From the IMG/VR virus record IMGVR_UViG_3300042305_001773, positions 62,001 through 126,000 of that record: a stretch of DNA of 64,000 nt; one strand, given 5' to 3'. Positions 1 to 9,598 of the stretch are shown piece after piece. The notes beneath the pieces were generated by a model. The model did not search any database. It saw nothing but the letters and a program-made list of their open reading frames with translations, and was not told the DNA's origin. How positions within the stretch are numbered: the stretch's first letter is position 1; each line of letters opens with the position of its first letter. The position numbers and the translations under genes were made by a program.

Positions 1-31
1 GTTTGGAAATGACCTTCAAACAACAAAACAT

Positions 32-102
32 TGGGACCGCTGGGAATCGAACCCAGACCGAGGGATTAAAAGTCCCCTGCTCGACCTTCGAGCTACGGTC
101 CC
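32..102 (-). tRNA. trnK: tRNA-Lys(UUU)
   Basis: Reverse complement folds as a cloverleaf: GGGACCG/CGGTCCC acceptor stem, GCTC/GAGC D stem, GGGGA-CTTTTAA-TCCCT anticodon arm, CTGGG-TTCGATT-CCCAG T arm. No encoded CCA. Confidence 0.95.
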
Positions 103-108
103 CCGCGT

Positions 109-693
109 TTAACGCACGCGTGCGTTCGTGAGTCGGCACGACCCGTCCGCGCAGTCACGGCCTTCCGATTGCGCCTGCAAAGCTTCACGCGTCACTTCTT
201 GCGGCATGCTACCCATTTCGTGGATGCGCCACTTACCGCGGACCTTGTGCATGATCAGTTTGAACTCGCACAACTCCCACGGCGGCAGCATAGCGCTCCG
301 CTCCCGAAACTCCGAGTACGGCAGTTCTTCGCCGTCTTTGCCGGCCATTGTTTCTTGGACGACATTGACGACCACAACCTGACCGCGATCATCAGCCTCG
401 ACGAAATCGACGCGCACGACGCGCATGTAGCAGTCGACTTCGTCAAAGAACTGCTTCAGCTCGTCGGTGAACTGTTCCTGATTCGGAAAGTTCGGAGTCA
501 TCGTACCAATCACACCCTCAACACTTTCCATGTTGCTGGCGTGAAAGTTCTCCTGCACGACGGTCTCGATCAACTGCATTTCTTTGCGGCCGCGGGCGTT
601 CAGCTCGCCACCGAAAGAGATGCCTGACCACATCATGAAAACCGCGAACGTCAACAAAACCACAGAACCCATGAGCTTGAACAACTTAATCAT
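109..693 (-). CDS. Exported protein, possibly SnoaL/NTF2-like fold
   Basis: N-terminal hydrophobic signal segment; helix-strand pattern (VVQENFHASNMESVEGVIGTM...WRIHEM) reminiscent of NTF2-like proteins. Confidence 0.5.
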   Translation of the reverse strand: MIKLFKLMGSVVLLTFAVFMMWSGISFGGELNARGRKEMQLIETVVQENFHASNMESVEGVIGTMTPNFPNQEQFTDELKQFFDEVDCYMRVVRVDFVEADDRGQVVVVNVVQETMAGKDGEELPYSEFRERSAMLPPWELCEFKLIMHKVRGKWRIHEMGSMPQEVTREALQAQSEGRDCADGSCRLTNARVR

Positions 694-874
694 CTCGCTG
701 ACTCCTTGTTAAGCACATCTCAGCAAAACCGCCTAAAGCGGCCCAACCAAGAAATGCACCTGTTAGGTCTACTGCGTCTCCCATTTGGAAGGACCGCGCC
801 GCAAATAGCCCAAGTACGGCGCCGGCCACAGTACACGTAACAATCAAGATCTCACGCATAATCGGGTATGGCAT
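686..874 (-). CDS. Small membrane protein
   Basis: 62 aa with two hydrophobic segments; GAGGAGG RBS just upstream. Confidence 0.6.
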   Translation of the reverse strand: MPYPIMREILIVTCTVAGAVLGLFAARSFQMGDAVDLTGAFLGWAALGGFAEMCLTRSQRDD

Positions 875-912
875 GGCATCCTCCTCGCATAGCCCGAATG
901 TGTGTGCTCAAT

Positions 913-950
913 CCCGCAAACACGTATTTGCGGGGCACAAAGAATATGCC
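913..950 (-). promoter_or_regulatory. Intergenic inverted repeat plus GGCATATT motif
   Basis: CCCGCAAA-N6-TTTGCGGG at 913-934; adjacent 16-mer 935-950 matches 33086-33101 at 13/16 positions. Confidence 0.35.
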
Positions 951-975
951 TTGATATTGCCAGATATTTAGGCAA

Positions 976-2118
976 TCAGGCGGGGGCGCAAACAGGCCCG
1001 TCACAGCGTTTTTGCTCAACCCAATTGGGCGGCAACGTATACCAGCCTTTGTCGTAAAGCTGGTAGATCTTTTGAAACGCTTCGTCATACATAGCGCCGC
1101 ATGCTTCAAGACTGTAGGTGCTGCGGGCGGCTTTTGCAATTGCAGCGCGGTCAAGGTCGCGTACTTTGGTGAGGGCCTGCATCCAGTCAGCCAACGTCTT
1201 GCAGCGAAATCCGTTGACGCCGTTTTGTACCGTTTCAGTGAACGCGCCGTAATCTGTTGCGATGAGCGGCGTACCGCACAGCAGACCCTCGACACCAGAG
1301 CCGCCAAACGGCTCAATAAAGTTAGTGGGCATGAGCGAGCAAATAGCGTTGCGCATAAAATCACTGCGCTCGCGACCAGCCAGCGGACCCTTGTACACGA
1401 TGTTCGGGTGCGCCCAACGTGTGTGATCGCCCTGCCCGCACAGCACGATCTTGGCGCTGCGATCTATGTTGGGTAAAAACTTGGCAATTTCATATAGCGT
1501 GTCGAGCCCTTTGCAAGCGTCAATACGACCGAGAAACGCGTAATACGAGCCGGGCTTGAAGCTGGGCTGCCAGTCTTCGATATCAAAATAGTTCGGGATC
1601 ACGAACTCGTAGTGCGCACCTTGCCGCCCATCTTTACCGGCGTGATAGTGCCGCCACGCGTAGCTCTCAAATATCTTAATCGTGCCGTCAACCAGTGTGG
1701 GGTAGCCAATGCCAGTTTCAACGTGAGTGTTGTCAGGGAAGTCTTGCAGCAGCCGTGAGTGCGCGTGGCCGAACGGGTGGCAGATGATGTCGCGCGGTTT
1801 GACCCGTTGCTTCATCGCCGGAACAAGGCGTTCTTCAAACAACCGATGATGCGGCGCGCCGACTGTGGCGTTGTCTCCATGAAACGCTTTCTTGTCACGA
1901 TTGCCCAGCATGTTTTCAAATTCGTCATGCGTGAGCATTTCTACTTTCTCGTCAGCCAGACTTTCACTGCCGGCGTTCGCGTACTCAATGACGCGATACC
2001 CGTACATGCGCAGCATTTTGGAGAAGCGCAGAGCTTTTCCGGTGAACGCGCAATGGGAGTACGCTGCCGTATGCTTGGTGTGAAAGATACCAACGAGATG
2101 CAGTGTCGGCCGTGACAT
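976..2118 (-). CDS. Glycosyltransferase, GT4/GT-B fold
   Basis: FLGRIDACKG and EPFGGSGVEGLLCGTPLIATDYGAFTETV (EX7E-type GT-B C-terminal motif). Confidence 0.88.
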   Translation of the reverse strand: MSRPTLHLVGIFHTKHTAAYSHCAFTGKALRFSKMLRMYGYRVIEYANAGSESLADEKVEMLTHDEFENMLGNRDKKAFHGDNATVGAPHHRLFEERLVPAMKQRVKPRDIICHPFGHAHSRLLQDFPDNTHVETGIGYPTLVDGTIKIFESYAWRHYHAGKDGRQGAHYEFVIPNYFDIEDWQPSFKPGSYYAFLGRIDACKGLDTLYEIAKFLPNIDRSAKIVLCGQGDHTRWAHPNIVYKGPLAGRERSDFMRNAICSLMPTNFIEPFGGSGVEGLLCGTPLIATDYGAFTETVQNGVNGFRCKTLADWMQALTKVRDLDRAAIAKAARSTYSLEACGAMYDEAFQKIYQLYDKGWYTLPPNWVEQKRCDGPVCAPA

Positions 2119-2127
2119 GTGTGTTCC

Positions 2128-2562
2128 TTACTGGTCGAATGAGAATTCTTGCTGCCGCGGATCTGGCGTAGTCTTTTGCTGCTTTAATTGCGTCGCGGTG
2201 GCGGTGAGACTGGCCGCGATTTTTTGCCGCGCGTCGTCAGTCACAGCCGGAATAAATAATGTGTACGCGTTGCCCGGCCCAAACATAATCGTGACGCCCT
2301 TTTCGTTTACTTGTGTTTTGCTGGGGTGAAAAATACCTAGCAAACCTTTGAGATAATTATTCTCCGCCACAATCGCTGAAATCGTGGCGGCCAGCTCGTT
2401 CACCCGATCGTTTTTGAAGCCGACAAAGCGAATGCCGCTCTTTGCGATTTCGAGCAGCTTTGTAACCGCCCATGAGCTGTCTTCGAGTAACGAGATCACG
2501 GCTTCCGGGCTCAGCATCTCTTCTTTCGGCCGATCGCATTTTTTGTTGGCGCAGCAACCCAT
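2128..2562 (-). CDS. Hypothetical protein
   Basis: Start moved to MGCCANKKC, which follows an AAAGGA RBS. Confidence 0.65.
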   Translation of the reverse strand: MGCCANKKCDRPKEEMLSPEAVISLLEDSSWAVTKLLEIAKSGIRFVGFKNDRVNELAATISAIVAENNYLKGLLGIFHPSKTQVNEKGVTIMFGPGNAYTLFIPAVTDDARQKIAASLTATATQLKQQKTTPDPRQQEFSFDQ

Positions 2563-2665
2563 GTCGTTTCCTTTGGTAGTAGCGGGTATCACGATACGCG
2601 ACGTACAAAATCAAACTGCCCCATATCAGCATGACGCTGATAAAAATAACCCATTTAGCAAGCAT
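2357..2665 (-). CDS. Possible small membrane protein
   Basis: N-terminal TM helix is convincing; the C-terminal ~200 nt overlap the next gene and may be spurious. Confidence 0.35.
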   Translation of the reverse strand: MLAKWVIFISVMLIWGSLILYVAYRDTRYYQRKRHGLLRQQKMRSAERRDAEPGSRDLVTRRQLMGGYKAARNRKERHSLCRLQKRSGERAGRHDFSDCGGE

Positions 2666-2666
2666 G

Positions 2667-2876
2667 TCAATTCAACCGCATGATTCGGCGTGACGGGCGA
2701 AACTCAGCGCTACACGAACAACGGTCAGTAAACACGTCTTCGGAAACAGGCACATAGACCACTTTTGTTTTGTACCCGCAGCGTCGTTCAGTTTCGCGGG
2801 GTGACCACCCGCGGCGTATTTCAAGAGCACGTAAAGCAATTTCTTCTTCTGTCGGCGGCGGCACACGGGCGGCCAT
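2667..2876 (-). CDS. Hypothetical protein
   Basis: Fits the tight minus-strand gene tiling. Confidence 0.55.
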   Translation of the reverse strand: MAARVPPPTEEEIALRALEIRRGWSPRETERRCGYKTKVVYVPVSEDVFTDRCSCSAEFRPSRRIMRLN

Positions 2877-2885
2877 ATTTTCTCC

Positions 2886-3287
2886 TTAGCCGTAAAGTTT
2901 GAAAATCTTGCGCTGCTTCGGTGTCGCGTCAACTGGTGTTTTGGTAACTGCGGGAGCTGTTGCAGACGGAATAACGCGCGTTACGTGCGCCGCCAGCCGC
3001 TCGCGAAACTGCAGACTCACTAGCTCGTCGTGGCGCCTACGAGCCTCCGCGCGAAAATACTCCATGCGCGTTTTTCGTTCTGCCAACCACACACGTTCAC
3101 GCATGAAATCAAATCGCAACCAGAGCAAAAACAATACGCCAATGACAAGCGCACCAATAGCTCCGGTTGGATCAGATTTGAACGCGCGACCCGTGACAGG
3201 TTGCTCAACACGTACGACTGTTGTTGAGTCCGTGTTTAGTTGCATAACACGCGGCACAGGCCGGGAGATACTTTTCTTCGCAGCCAA
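2886..3287 (-). CDS. Hypothetical membrane protein
   Basis: Single TM segment (AIGALVIGVLFLLWL); start uncertain, possibly MQLNTDS. Confidence 0.6.
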   Translation of the reverse strand: MAAKKSISRPVPRVMQLNTDSTTVVRVEQPVTGRAFKSDPTGAIGALVIGVLFLLWLRFDFMRERVWLAERKTRMEYFRAEARRRHDELVSLQFRERLAAHVTRVIPSATAPAVTKTPVDATPKQRKIFKLYG

Positions 3288-3786
3288 GTTCTACAGATGG
3301 GCCGGCGAGGGTTGGCTGGCCGTCGCACAGCTTAAGGTTAAACACAGCTTTGCGCAAGCAGAATGTGCACGTTGTTTTGACTTCTTCAATCGAGTCCGCA
3401 AGTTCAAGCAGGCGCTGTGAAGCTGGGAAGAGTTGGCGACGAAAGTCTGTCCGCAGGCCGTAACAGATCACCGGAACACCAGCATCAGCGGCAGCGCGAA
3501 ATTGGTCAATATCAGCCGCACATAAAAACTGCGCCTCGTCGACCAGTATGCACGCCACGCCAGTAAGCGCCGGGAGTACAAGCGGACCAGCCGCGGGAAC
3601 AACGATGTCAGCCGGCATCTCCAGCCCGGCGCGCGTTTTTATGCTATCTGCGCCAAACCTAGTATCGACGGCGGGTTTGACGAGTACGACTTTTTTGCCC
3701 TGCTGCCGGTAGTTGTGCGCGACGGCAAGAAGATTTAGTGTTTTAGCGCTGCCGACAGTACCGTACCGAAAATAGAGTTTGGCCAT
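3205..3786 (-). CDS. tdk: Thymidine kinase (type II)
   Basis: KLYFRYGTVGSAKT P-loop, ILVDEAQFL, YGLRTDF, CxxC zinc pairs. Start set at MAKLY. Confidence 0.96.
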   Translation of the reverse strand: MAKLYFRYGTVGSAKTLNLLAVAHNYRQQGKKVVLVKPAVDTRFGADSIKTRAGLEMPADIVVPAAGPLVLPALTGVACILVDEAQFLCAADIDQFRAAADAGVPVICYGLRTDFRRQLFPASQRLLELADSIEEVKTTCTFCLRKAVFNLKLCDGQPTLAGPSVELGCEEKYLPACAACYATKHGLNNSRTC

Positions 3787-3797
3787 TTTTATGCGCG

Positions 3798-4250
3798 TTA
3801 CCGGCAAAAACGAATTTTGAAATCAGCGCCCATACCGAAGCCGAAATTATCTTTTGTGGCCAGCGTGAACGTGCGACTTTCCGCAGTAAAGCAATACTCC
3901 ATGTCGTGTGCGCCGTTGCACGGATTACCACCAAACGGGAATTCGTTTGGCCGCACGACCTCGCCGTTCAAAACAAGATCGTCGTTGACCGAGCCTTGCA
4001 GGTGCACGGTAACCGGCAGCGGAATACTAGACGGAATGGTAAATGTTTCCTCGCCGCGGATGTACGTAAACGAACAAAACGGCCCAAGATAGTCGGTCGA
4101 TTCTTGGTATTTGTACTCCAGCTCTTCTGAATAAAATGCGGAGCACTCGCAGGGCGGGCAACAACACGGCTCCGAGCTAGAAACGACGAGTGGGCCGCCA
4201 CAACCCGCGACGCGCAAGAGGCCGTTGATAACCGTGAGTTCTGGCGCCAC
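3798..4250 (-). CDS. Cys-rich hypothetical protein, probably virion-associated
   Basis: PCCCPPCEC motif; located at the end of the structural cluster. Confidence 0.6.
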   Translation of the reverse strand: MAPELTVINGLLRVAGCGGPLVVSSSEPCCCPPCECSAFYSEELEYKYQESTDYLGPFCSFTYIRGEETFTIPSSIPLPVTVHLQGSVNDDLVLNGEVVRPNEFPFGGNPCNGAHDMEYCFTAESRTFTLATKDNFGFGMGADFKIRFCR

Positions 4251-4256
4251 AGCAAA

Positions 4257-5291
4257 TTACGCGTGTTCAAGGAGAATAGCGTCAACTAACGCCGCACCGT
4301 GCCCGCACAAAATGTAGCCAATAACGGTCGTGCCGCTGGTTAAACGCTGCCCTAATTGCGCGTCAGAGAACGCGTAAATATCACGCAACCGCCCGATAAT
4401 GTTATCGGACGATAAACTACGGTACAGAATTGGTACACGAGCAAACTGCCCAGACCGCGTTTTTAGAGTTGTAGCCGTCGGCGTGACGGCAAATTGAAAC
4501 GTGGTATTCAAAAGCATAACTGTTGATGTGTTCGGCGCGAACACGGCTGCGCATGCGTTTTCGTCGTACGTGGTCGAGACGCCGTTCCAGTTACTGGATA
4601 AAAAGCGATTACAGCCGTTCACGTTATTGCATGTCGGATTGTAACCGTCGGTCCAAAACGTGTGGCTGATCGTTCGCGACCTGCCGGAGCGAATAACGCC
4701 GTACAACTTACCGTCGGATTCTGAGTCTACAACCGTGTCGGTCGACTCCGAGTCAAGGATCGCACCGGCGATAAACCCATACGTTGTAGTACTGGTAGCG
4801 TTTGTTGCGACGACTGCGATCGCGTCTTTTGCTTCCCATAGATATACAACGCCGCTACCGTTTGCGGTCAACCACCATTTACCCCAGCCAAACACTTGCC
4901 CGCCGGCAAAAGGATCAACACTGTTCCATGTTGTACCCGTCGGTGTGCCGGCGCCAGCGTTTTTCACGAGATTTACCATCATCGTGTTTGTTGTATAGCT
5001 TTCGCCGCCTTGCATAGTAATTGACGGCGTTGAATCAGTGCCCGCAATCATAATGCGCTGATTGAGCGTGTTTGTCGGCGTTGCGCAATACAAGCACTCT
5101 GTTTGGCCGCGCGTAACTTTCGTCCATGTACCTGCCGACGCAGAGCCTGCGGTGCGTATTGTGCCGTCGTTGTATGTTGTACGCGTGGCCAGATCAAAAA
5201 TAGCGTCGAGCAACTGCGCACATGTCGCCGTGCTACCGGAACCAAATCCGACAGAACCAACATAACGCCAATTGATATGTTCTACACTCAT
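4257..5291 (-). CDS. Putative virion structural protein
   Basis: Gly/Thr/Ser-rich beta-type composition; located in the fibre cluster. Confidence 0.55.
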   Translation of the reverse strand: MSVEHINWRYVGSVGFGSGSTATCAQLLDAIFDLATRTTYNDGTIRTAGSASAGTWTKVTRGQTECLYCATPTNTLNQRIMIAGTDSTPSITMQGGESYTTNTMMVNLVKNAGAGTPTGTTWNSVDPFAGGQVFGWGKWWLTANGSGVVYLWEAKDAIAVVATNATSTTTYGFIAGAILDSESTDTVVDSESDGKLYGVIRSGRSRTISHTFWTDGYNPTCNNVNGCNRFLSSNWNGVSTTYDENACAAVFAPNTSTVMLLNTTFQFAVTPTATTLKTRSGQFARVPILYRSLSSDNIIGRLRDIYAFSDAQLGQRLTSGTTVIGYILCGHGAALVDAILLEHA

Positions 5292-5629
5292 GAGAGACTT
5301 CCTCCGCTTAGTTTGTACGAATTAAATTTTATACTTGTCCGATTAAGTTCTAGTGTAGTACCTGTTGTTGGTATTTTTACTGCCGGTTCAAATTTGATGT
5401 AATTACACGCGTGTATCGTATGCGCACCAAACCGAATATGCGCGCCGTTTATTTCAATAATCGTGTCGGCCGGCATCAAGTTTAACGTAGATTGTCCGCC
5501 ATTCAATTCCAGCGGCCATAACCGAAAACGCCGCGCGTCATACAACTCACTTAGCCGCCAAATACCGGCAGCTTTACCTTCTGTAGGGTATAGGTCTGAG
5601 CCAATCCGGCCGCCAGTTCTGCCAAGCAT
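5288..5629 (-). CDS. Hypothetical virion-associated protein
   Basis: GIWRLSELYDARRFRLWP resembles short motifs seen in phage tail-associated proteins. Confidence 0.55.
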   Translation of the reverse strand: MLGRTGGRIGSDLYPTEGKAAGIWRLSELYDARRFRLWPLELNGGQSTLNLMPADTIIEINGAHIRFGAHTIHACNYIKFEPAVKIPTTGTTLELNRTSIKFNSYKLSGGSLS

Positions 5630-5985
5630 TAGCCGACCTCTTCAAAACTACAGACGGCGTCGAGCGCCGAATTTGCAGAAGCCGTTAATCTTAGCGCGTC
5701 GCCCTCGACGATGTAGAAGGGGTTTTCTTTCGCGATAACTACAAGTGAAGATTGCGGCGGGACTGGAATCAACCGCGCGATGTGCGCCGCCGTGCCAGAG
5801 CGAAAAATATCCGCCGTGATGTTCGCCACGTTATTTGACACGTTTGTGACGATTAGTGCGTTGATTTTTAAAACTTTGTTGCTGTTAGCGGCGTTACTGG
5901 CAATCGCGGTAGGCGTGGTTGTCACTTGTTGCAACGTTGTGCGACCGTAAACAGACGCTGCGGTAACAATATTTGGGTTAGCCAT
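5629..5985 (-). CDS. Small beta-sandwich virion protein (MANPNIV type)
   Basis: MANPNIV...SNKVLKINALIVTNV...LEEGD-like ALRLTAS pattern resembles a family common in aquatic phages (from memory). Confidence 0.65.
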   Translation of the reverse strand: MANPNIVTAASVYGRTTLQQVTTTPTAIASNAANSNKVLKINALIVTNVSNNVANITADIFRSGTAAHIARLIPVPPQSSLVVIAKENPFYIVEGDALRLTASANSALDAVCSFEEVG

Positions 5986-6061
5986 ATGACACCTACAAGT
6001 CGCTCATAATAATCGGTAATGTTGAGTTACGCAATACGCGATATTTGACTAATGCCGCGCA

Positions 6062-8602
6062 TTAACTAAATAAAATTGACGGCCAAATAGCCACTGGGCC
6101 TGTGGGGCCTGTAGGGCCAGATGGGCCGCCGGATGGCCCTGTTGGACCAACCGGTCCGGTTGCGCCTGTTTCACCAAACGGACCTGTTGGCCCGCTCGCG
6201 CCTGTCGGACCGGTGACGCCAGTCGGTCCAGTTGTTCCCTGCGGACCTGTTGGTCCAGTTGGGCCTTCAACACCTGTCGCGCCATCTGGTCCAATGGGCC
6301 CAGTCGCGCCCTCGGGGCCGTCTGGTCCGGTTGCGCCTTGTGCCGCTAACACCGGCACGCCACCGATTAAAATAACATCTTGGTACTCAGTCGATTCAAC
6401 GGTTGGCGCTGGACCTGTCGGGCCTGTTGGGCCATCCGGGCCAGAGGCGCCCGTCGGTCCTGTTGCGCCCTGTGCCGCAGCAACAGGAACGCCGCCGATT
6501 AAAATAACATCAGGTTCTTCTGTTGCTTCTACAGTAGGCGCGGGGCCGGTAGGTCCGCTTGGCCCGCGCGGGCCAACTTGTCCGCGAAGTCCTGTAGGTC
6601 CTTCTGGTCCTGACGGCCCGGACGGACCGACGGGCCCCGTTGGTCCGGTCGCGCCTTGTGCAGCAACAACAGGGACGCCGCCGATTAACAAAACGTCCGG
6701 CTCTTCAGTCGCTTCAACCAGCGGAGCCGGCCCTGTCGGGCCAGTTGCGCCGTCCGCGCCAGTTGGACCATCGGCACCCGTTGCGCCGGCTTCGCCGTTT
6801 GGTCCTTGTACGCCGTTTAAACCGCGCTGGCCTGTTAAACCTCTGGGGCCAGTCGAACCAGTCGCGCCCTGTACAGCGACAATCGGCACGCCGCCAATTA
6901 AAACAACTTCAGGAAACTCTGTCGGCTCTACAAGCGGCGGCGGACCGGCCGGGCCGGTTGGACCTGACGGCCCGGATGGCCCGCTCGGGCCGAGAGGGCC
7001 TTGTATACCCTGCGGGCCTTGCAACCCAATAACACCCTGTATACCGGTCGCGCCTTGTGGTCCGGGCGTGCCTTGTATGCCTTGTATACCTGTCGCGCCC
7101 GTCGCGCCAAGCGAGCCAGTAACACCTGTCGCACCTTGCGGGCCGCTTGCGCCTGTTGGACCCTGAATACCGGTTGGGCCGGTGGGGCCTTCTGGTCCAG
7201 TAGGCCCTATTACACCAGTTGCGCCAATCTCTCCTTGCGGTCCCGTTGGTCCGGTAGCACCCGGCGGGCCGACAACACGACCAATGTTTTGCCACGTTGT
7301 TCCGGTCCACGTATACGCAACGCCTTCAGCGGCGTTCACAGGGAGATCTTCGTCTGTTAACGCGTCTACGCCGATGATCCACGTATCGCCGATCACGGGC
7401 GTCCCAGCAGGCGGCCAGCTTTGCGTCGTTCCGTAAAACCGAACACCTACACCTGTTGCGCCGGTTGTACCAACCGGACCCGTCGCGCCCGTTGCGCCCG
7501 GATCGCCTTGCGGCCCGTCGTCGCCAACGTCGCCCTGCGGCCCTTGCGGTCCAGTCGCGCCCTGCGGACCAGTTGCGCCGTCAATACCGTTTATTCCGTT
7601 TGTGCCGGCGACGCCCGTCGCACCTTGCGGCCCGCTCGCGCCTGTAGGGCCGGCAATGCCTGTGGCGCCAAGTTCGCCTTGTGGTCCTGTCGGACCTTGC
7701 GTGCCTGTGGCACCAGTCGGGCCTGCGTCTCCAGTTAGACCGACGTTACCCTGCGGGCCAGTGGCACCTTGTATTCCTGTAGCGCCAGTCGGCCCCTCGA
7801 CACCAGTCGCTCCGACGGTGCCTTGTAAACCCTGCGGCCCTGACAGACCTTGTATACCTTGTGGCCCTTGCGGACCCGATAAACCTTGTAAGCCCTGTGG
7901 GCCTGTCGGACCCGGCAAACCCGTCGCACCAGTCGCGCCAGCGGGTCCTGTTAAACCCTGTGTGCCTGTCGGGCCGGGCTCGCCAGTCAAACCAGTCGCA
8001 CCAGTCGCACCGAGCGATCCAGTCGCACCAGTAGCTCCGAAAGCGCCCGTCGGGCCTTGTATACCAGCTGAGCCGGCGAACCCGCGCGGGCCTGTCTCAC
8101 CTTGCGGCCCCGTCGCGCCTGTTGCACCGCTGCTGCCTTGTGCGCCGCTAGCGCCAGTCGCGCCGGCCGGACCTGTGGCGCCAGTCGGGCCGCGAATACC
8201 AGTTGCGCCCGTCGCGCCACTGATGCCAGAGACACCAGCAGCGCCTTGCAGGCCAGTAGCGCCTGTGGGGCCTGCCGCGCCGGCTAGACCCGGCACACCA
8301 GTGGCGCCGGATTCGCCGGCAGGGCCAGCGACACCCGTTGCGCCGCGAGCCCCAGTTGGACCCATGGCGCCCACCATACCCGCGGAACCTTGCGGGCCGG
8401 TAGCGCCCGCAGGGCCGGTCACGCCGGTAGCGCCCCGAACACCAGTTGCACCTTGCGAGACGAGATTCAGCGCGGCCAGCAGATTGCCGACCGTTGTCTT
8501 TTTAGTGGTAGGAAGATCTGCCTGCTGATCAACGATTGCTATTAAATCGTCGGGGCCCGGTATTGGTTTACTGGGCAGGTCAGATATGCGCTTTTTAGCC
8601 AT
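6062..8602 (-). CDS. Collagen-like fibre protein (846 aa)
   Basis: Long Gly-X-Y tracts (GATGATG, GPTGPQG); four P-x-VE-x-TE-x-x-[DE]V-x-LIGGVP interruptions. Confidence 0.92.
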   Translation of the reverse strand: MAKKRISDLPSKPIPGPDDLIAIVDQQADLPTTKKTTVGNLLAALNLVSQGATGVRGATGVTGPAGATGPQGSAGMVGAMGPTGARGATGVAGPAGESGATGVPGLAGAAGPTGATGLQGAAGVSGISGATGATGIRGPTGATGPAGATGASGAQGSSGATGATGPQGETGPRGFAGSAGIQGPTGAFGATGATGSLGATGATGLTGEPGPTGTQGLTGPAGATGATGLPGPTGPQGLQGLSGPQGPQGIQGLSGPQGLQGTVGATGVEGPTGATGIQGATGPQGNVGLTGDAGPTGATGTQGPTGPQGELGATGIAGPTGASGPQGATGVAGTNGINGIDGATGPQGATGPQGPQGDVGDDGPQGDPGATGATGPVGTTGATGVGVRFYGTTQSWPPAGTPVIGDTWIIGVDALTDEDLPVNAAEGVAYTWTGTTWQNIGRVVGPPGATGPTGPQGEIGATGVIGPTGPEGPTGPTGIQGPTGASGPQGATGVTGSLGATGATGIQGIQGTPGPQGATGIQGVIGLQGPQGIQGPLGPSGPSGPSGPTGPAGPPPLVEPTEFPEVVLIGGVPIVAVQGATGSTGPRGLTGQRGLNGVQGPNGEAGATGADGPTGADGATGPTGPAPLVEATEEPDVLLIGGVPVVAAQGATGPTGPVGPSGPSGPEGPTGLRGQVGPRGPSGPTGPAPTVEATEEPDVILIGGVPVAAAQGATGPTGASGPDGPTGPTGPAPTVESTEYQDVILIGGVPVLAAQGATGPDGPEGATGPIGPDGATGVEGPTGPTGPQGTTGPTGVTGPTGASGPTGPFGETGATGPVGPTGPSGGPSGPTGPTGPVAIWPSILFS

Positions 8603-8657
8603 CGTGCTATCCCTGCAGACAGAATGCCTGCCCTATAAAATAGCATATTTCGGCTAA

Positions 8658-8921
8658 TCAGTCGTTGTCCCGCGACTCAATCTTTTCGAACAATTTGTTT
8701 AGCCGATAATCGCTGGAATAACCCGAGTAAGTGCCGCGTAAAACACGCGACAGACTCGGGCTGCGCCGCGGATGAAACCGATAGCGACGAAACCGCAGGA
8801 TCGATTTGTGCCGATAGGGCATTTTCGGAAGTTTGTTATACCAGTAGATTTTCCGCGCCGCCCAATAACCAATAGCGCCGACAACGCAACCAGATAAAAA
8901 ACAGGCAATCAGCGGAGTCAT
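8658..8921 (-). CDS. Small membrane protein
   Basis: N-terminal TM helix followed by a basic tail. Confidence 0.55.
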   Translation of the reverse strand: MTPLIACFLSGCVVGAIGYWAARKIYWYNKLPKMPYRHKSILRFRRYRFHPRRSPSLSRVLRGTYSGYSSDYRLNKLFEKIESRDND

Positions 8922-8941
8922 GGTTTCCCTCGACGGTTTAG

Positions 8942-9088
8942 TTATTTAGCCGATAACTGGTACATAGCCACATTGCTGACGGCGTAACAGAAGAACGCCA
9001 ACCCGAGCCACGGATTATTTTTCCAACACTGCTCGGCGGCGGCATATGCGTAAATCGCCGACACCACTAGAAGCAACCAGCCGCTCAT
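8942..9088 (-). CDS. Small membrane protein (48 aa, not in ORF track)
   Basis: Translated by hand: MSGWLLLVVSAIYAYAAAEQCWKNNPWLGLAFFCYAVSNVAMYQLSAK; two TM segments. Confidence 0.7.
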   Translation of the reverse strand: MSGWLLLVVSAIYAYAAAEQCWKNNPWLGLAFFCYAVSNVAMYQLSAK

Positions 9089-9098
9089 ATCACCACTT

Positions 9099-9145
9099 AA
9101 AAAAAGACCCGCCGAGTGAGCATCGTTGAGAGGCCCGGCGGGTTT
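9099..9145 (-). terminator. Intrinsic terminator
   Basis: Minus strand ACCCGCCGGG-N17-CTCGGCGGGT, then C and a T7 run. Confidence 0.75.
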
Positions 9146-9167
9146 GCTGCGTTAAATTCAAAGCAAC

Positions 9168-9542
9168 TCAGGCAGTCGGCGGTGTCGGCTGTACGGACGG
9201 GGGAATAGCCGGGGCCGGAGGCGGTGTGATTGTCACAGTGCCGTCAGCGTTGTACGTGAACTGCCCAACCATAGCTGCGCCTTCTTGAATCGCTTCGGGC
9301 CGAACTTCAGCGATTAAGGCGCCGAGCTTGGCGTGCAGTCGAAACACTTCGACAGCATCTGTTCCAAGTGCCGAGGCGATTTGCGAGGGGGACGCCTGCG
9401 GGTTACGCCAAAACTGCTTGGCGCCCTGATTAAACGCCGTCACCATGCTTTGAAACGTGGTGCGCGCTTGCTGCTTGATCTGGTTCGCTTGGCGTTGAGC
9501 CGGCGTGAGTTCGTTGACGACTGGGGTATCGAGAATGCTCAT
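9168..9542 (-). CDS. Hypothetical protein with Pro-rich tail
   Basis: GGAG RBS; has its own promoter and terminator. Confidence 0.75.
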   Translation of the reverse strand: MSILDTPVVNELTPAQRQANQIKQQARTTFQSMVTAFNQGAKQFWRNPQASPSQIASALGTDAVEVFRLHAKLGALIAEVRPEAIQEGAAMVGQFTYNADGTVTITPPPAPAIPPSVQPTPPTA

Positions 9543-9566
9543 GAGTTTGCTCCATTAGGTGTTATC

Positions 9567-9595
9567 AGTATACCTGCCAACACAAGTTTGCTCAA
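9567..9595 (-). promoter_or_regulatory. Sigma70-like promoter
   Basis: Minus strand TTGAGC-N17-TATACT. Confidence 0.65.
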
Positions 9596-9598
9596 CCG

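Noticed and set aside
2357-2665. Programmed frameshift or functional overlap at 2357-2562 (and 32684-32808)
   Set aside because: No slippery site identified; the downstream genes have their own RBS; the overlapping tails look like incidental extension.
6102-8528. Long plus-strand Pro/Gly/Val ORFs (6102-7166, 7602-8528; also 23668-24177)
   Set aside because: Antisense shadows of Gly-X-Y collagen codons; no RBS, and all real genes are on the minus strand.
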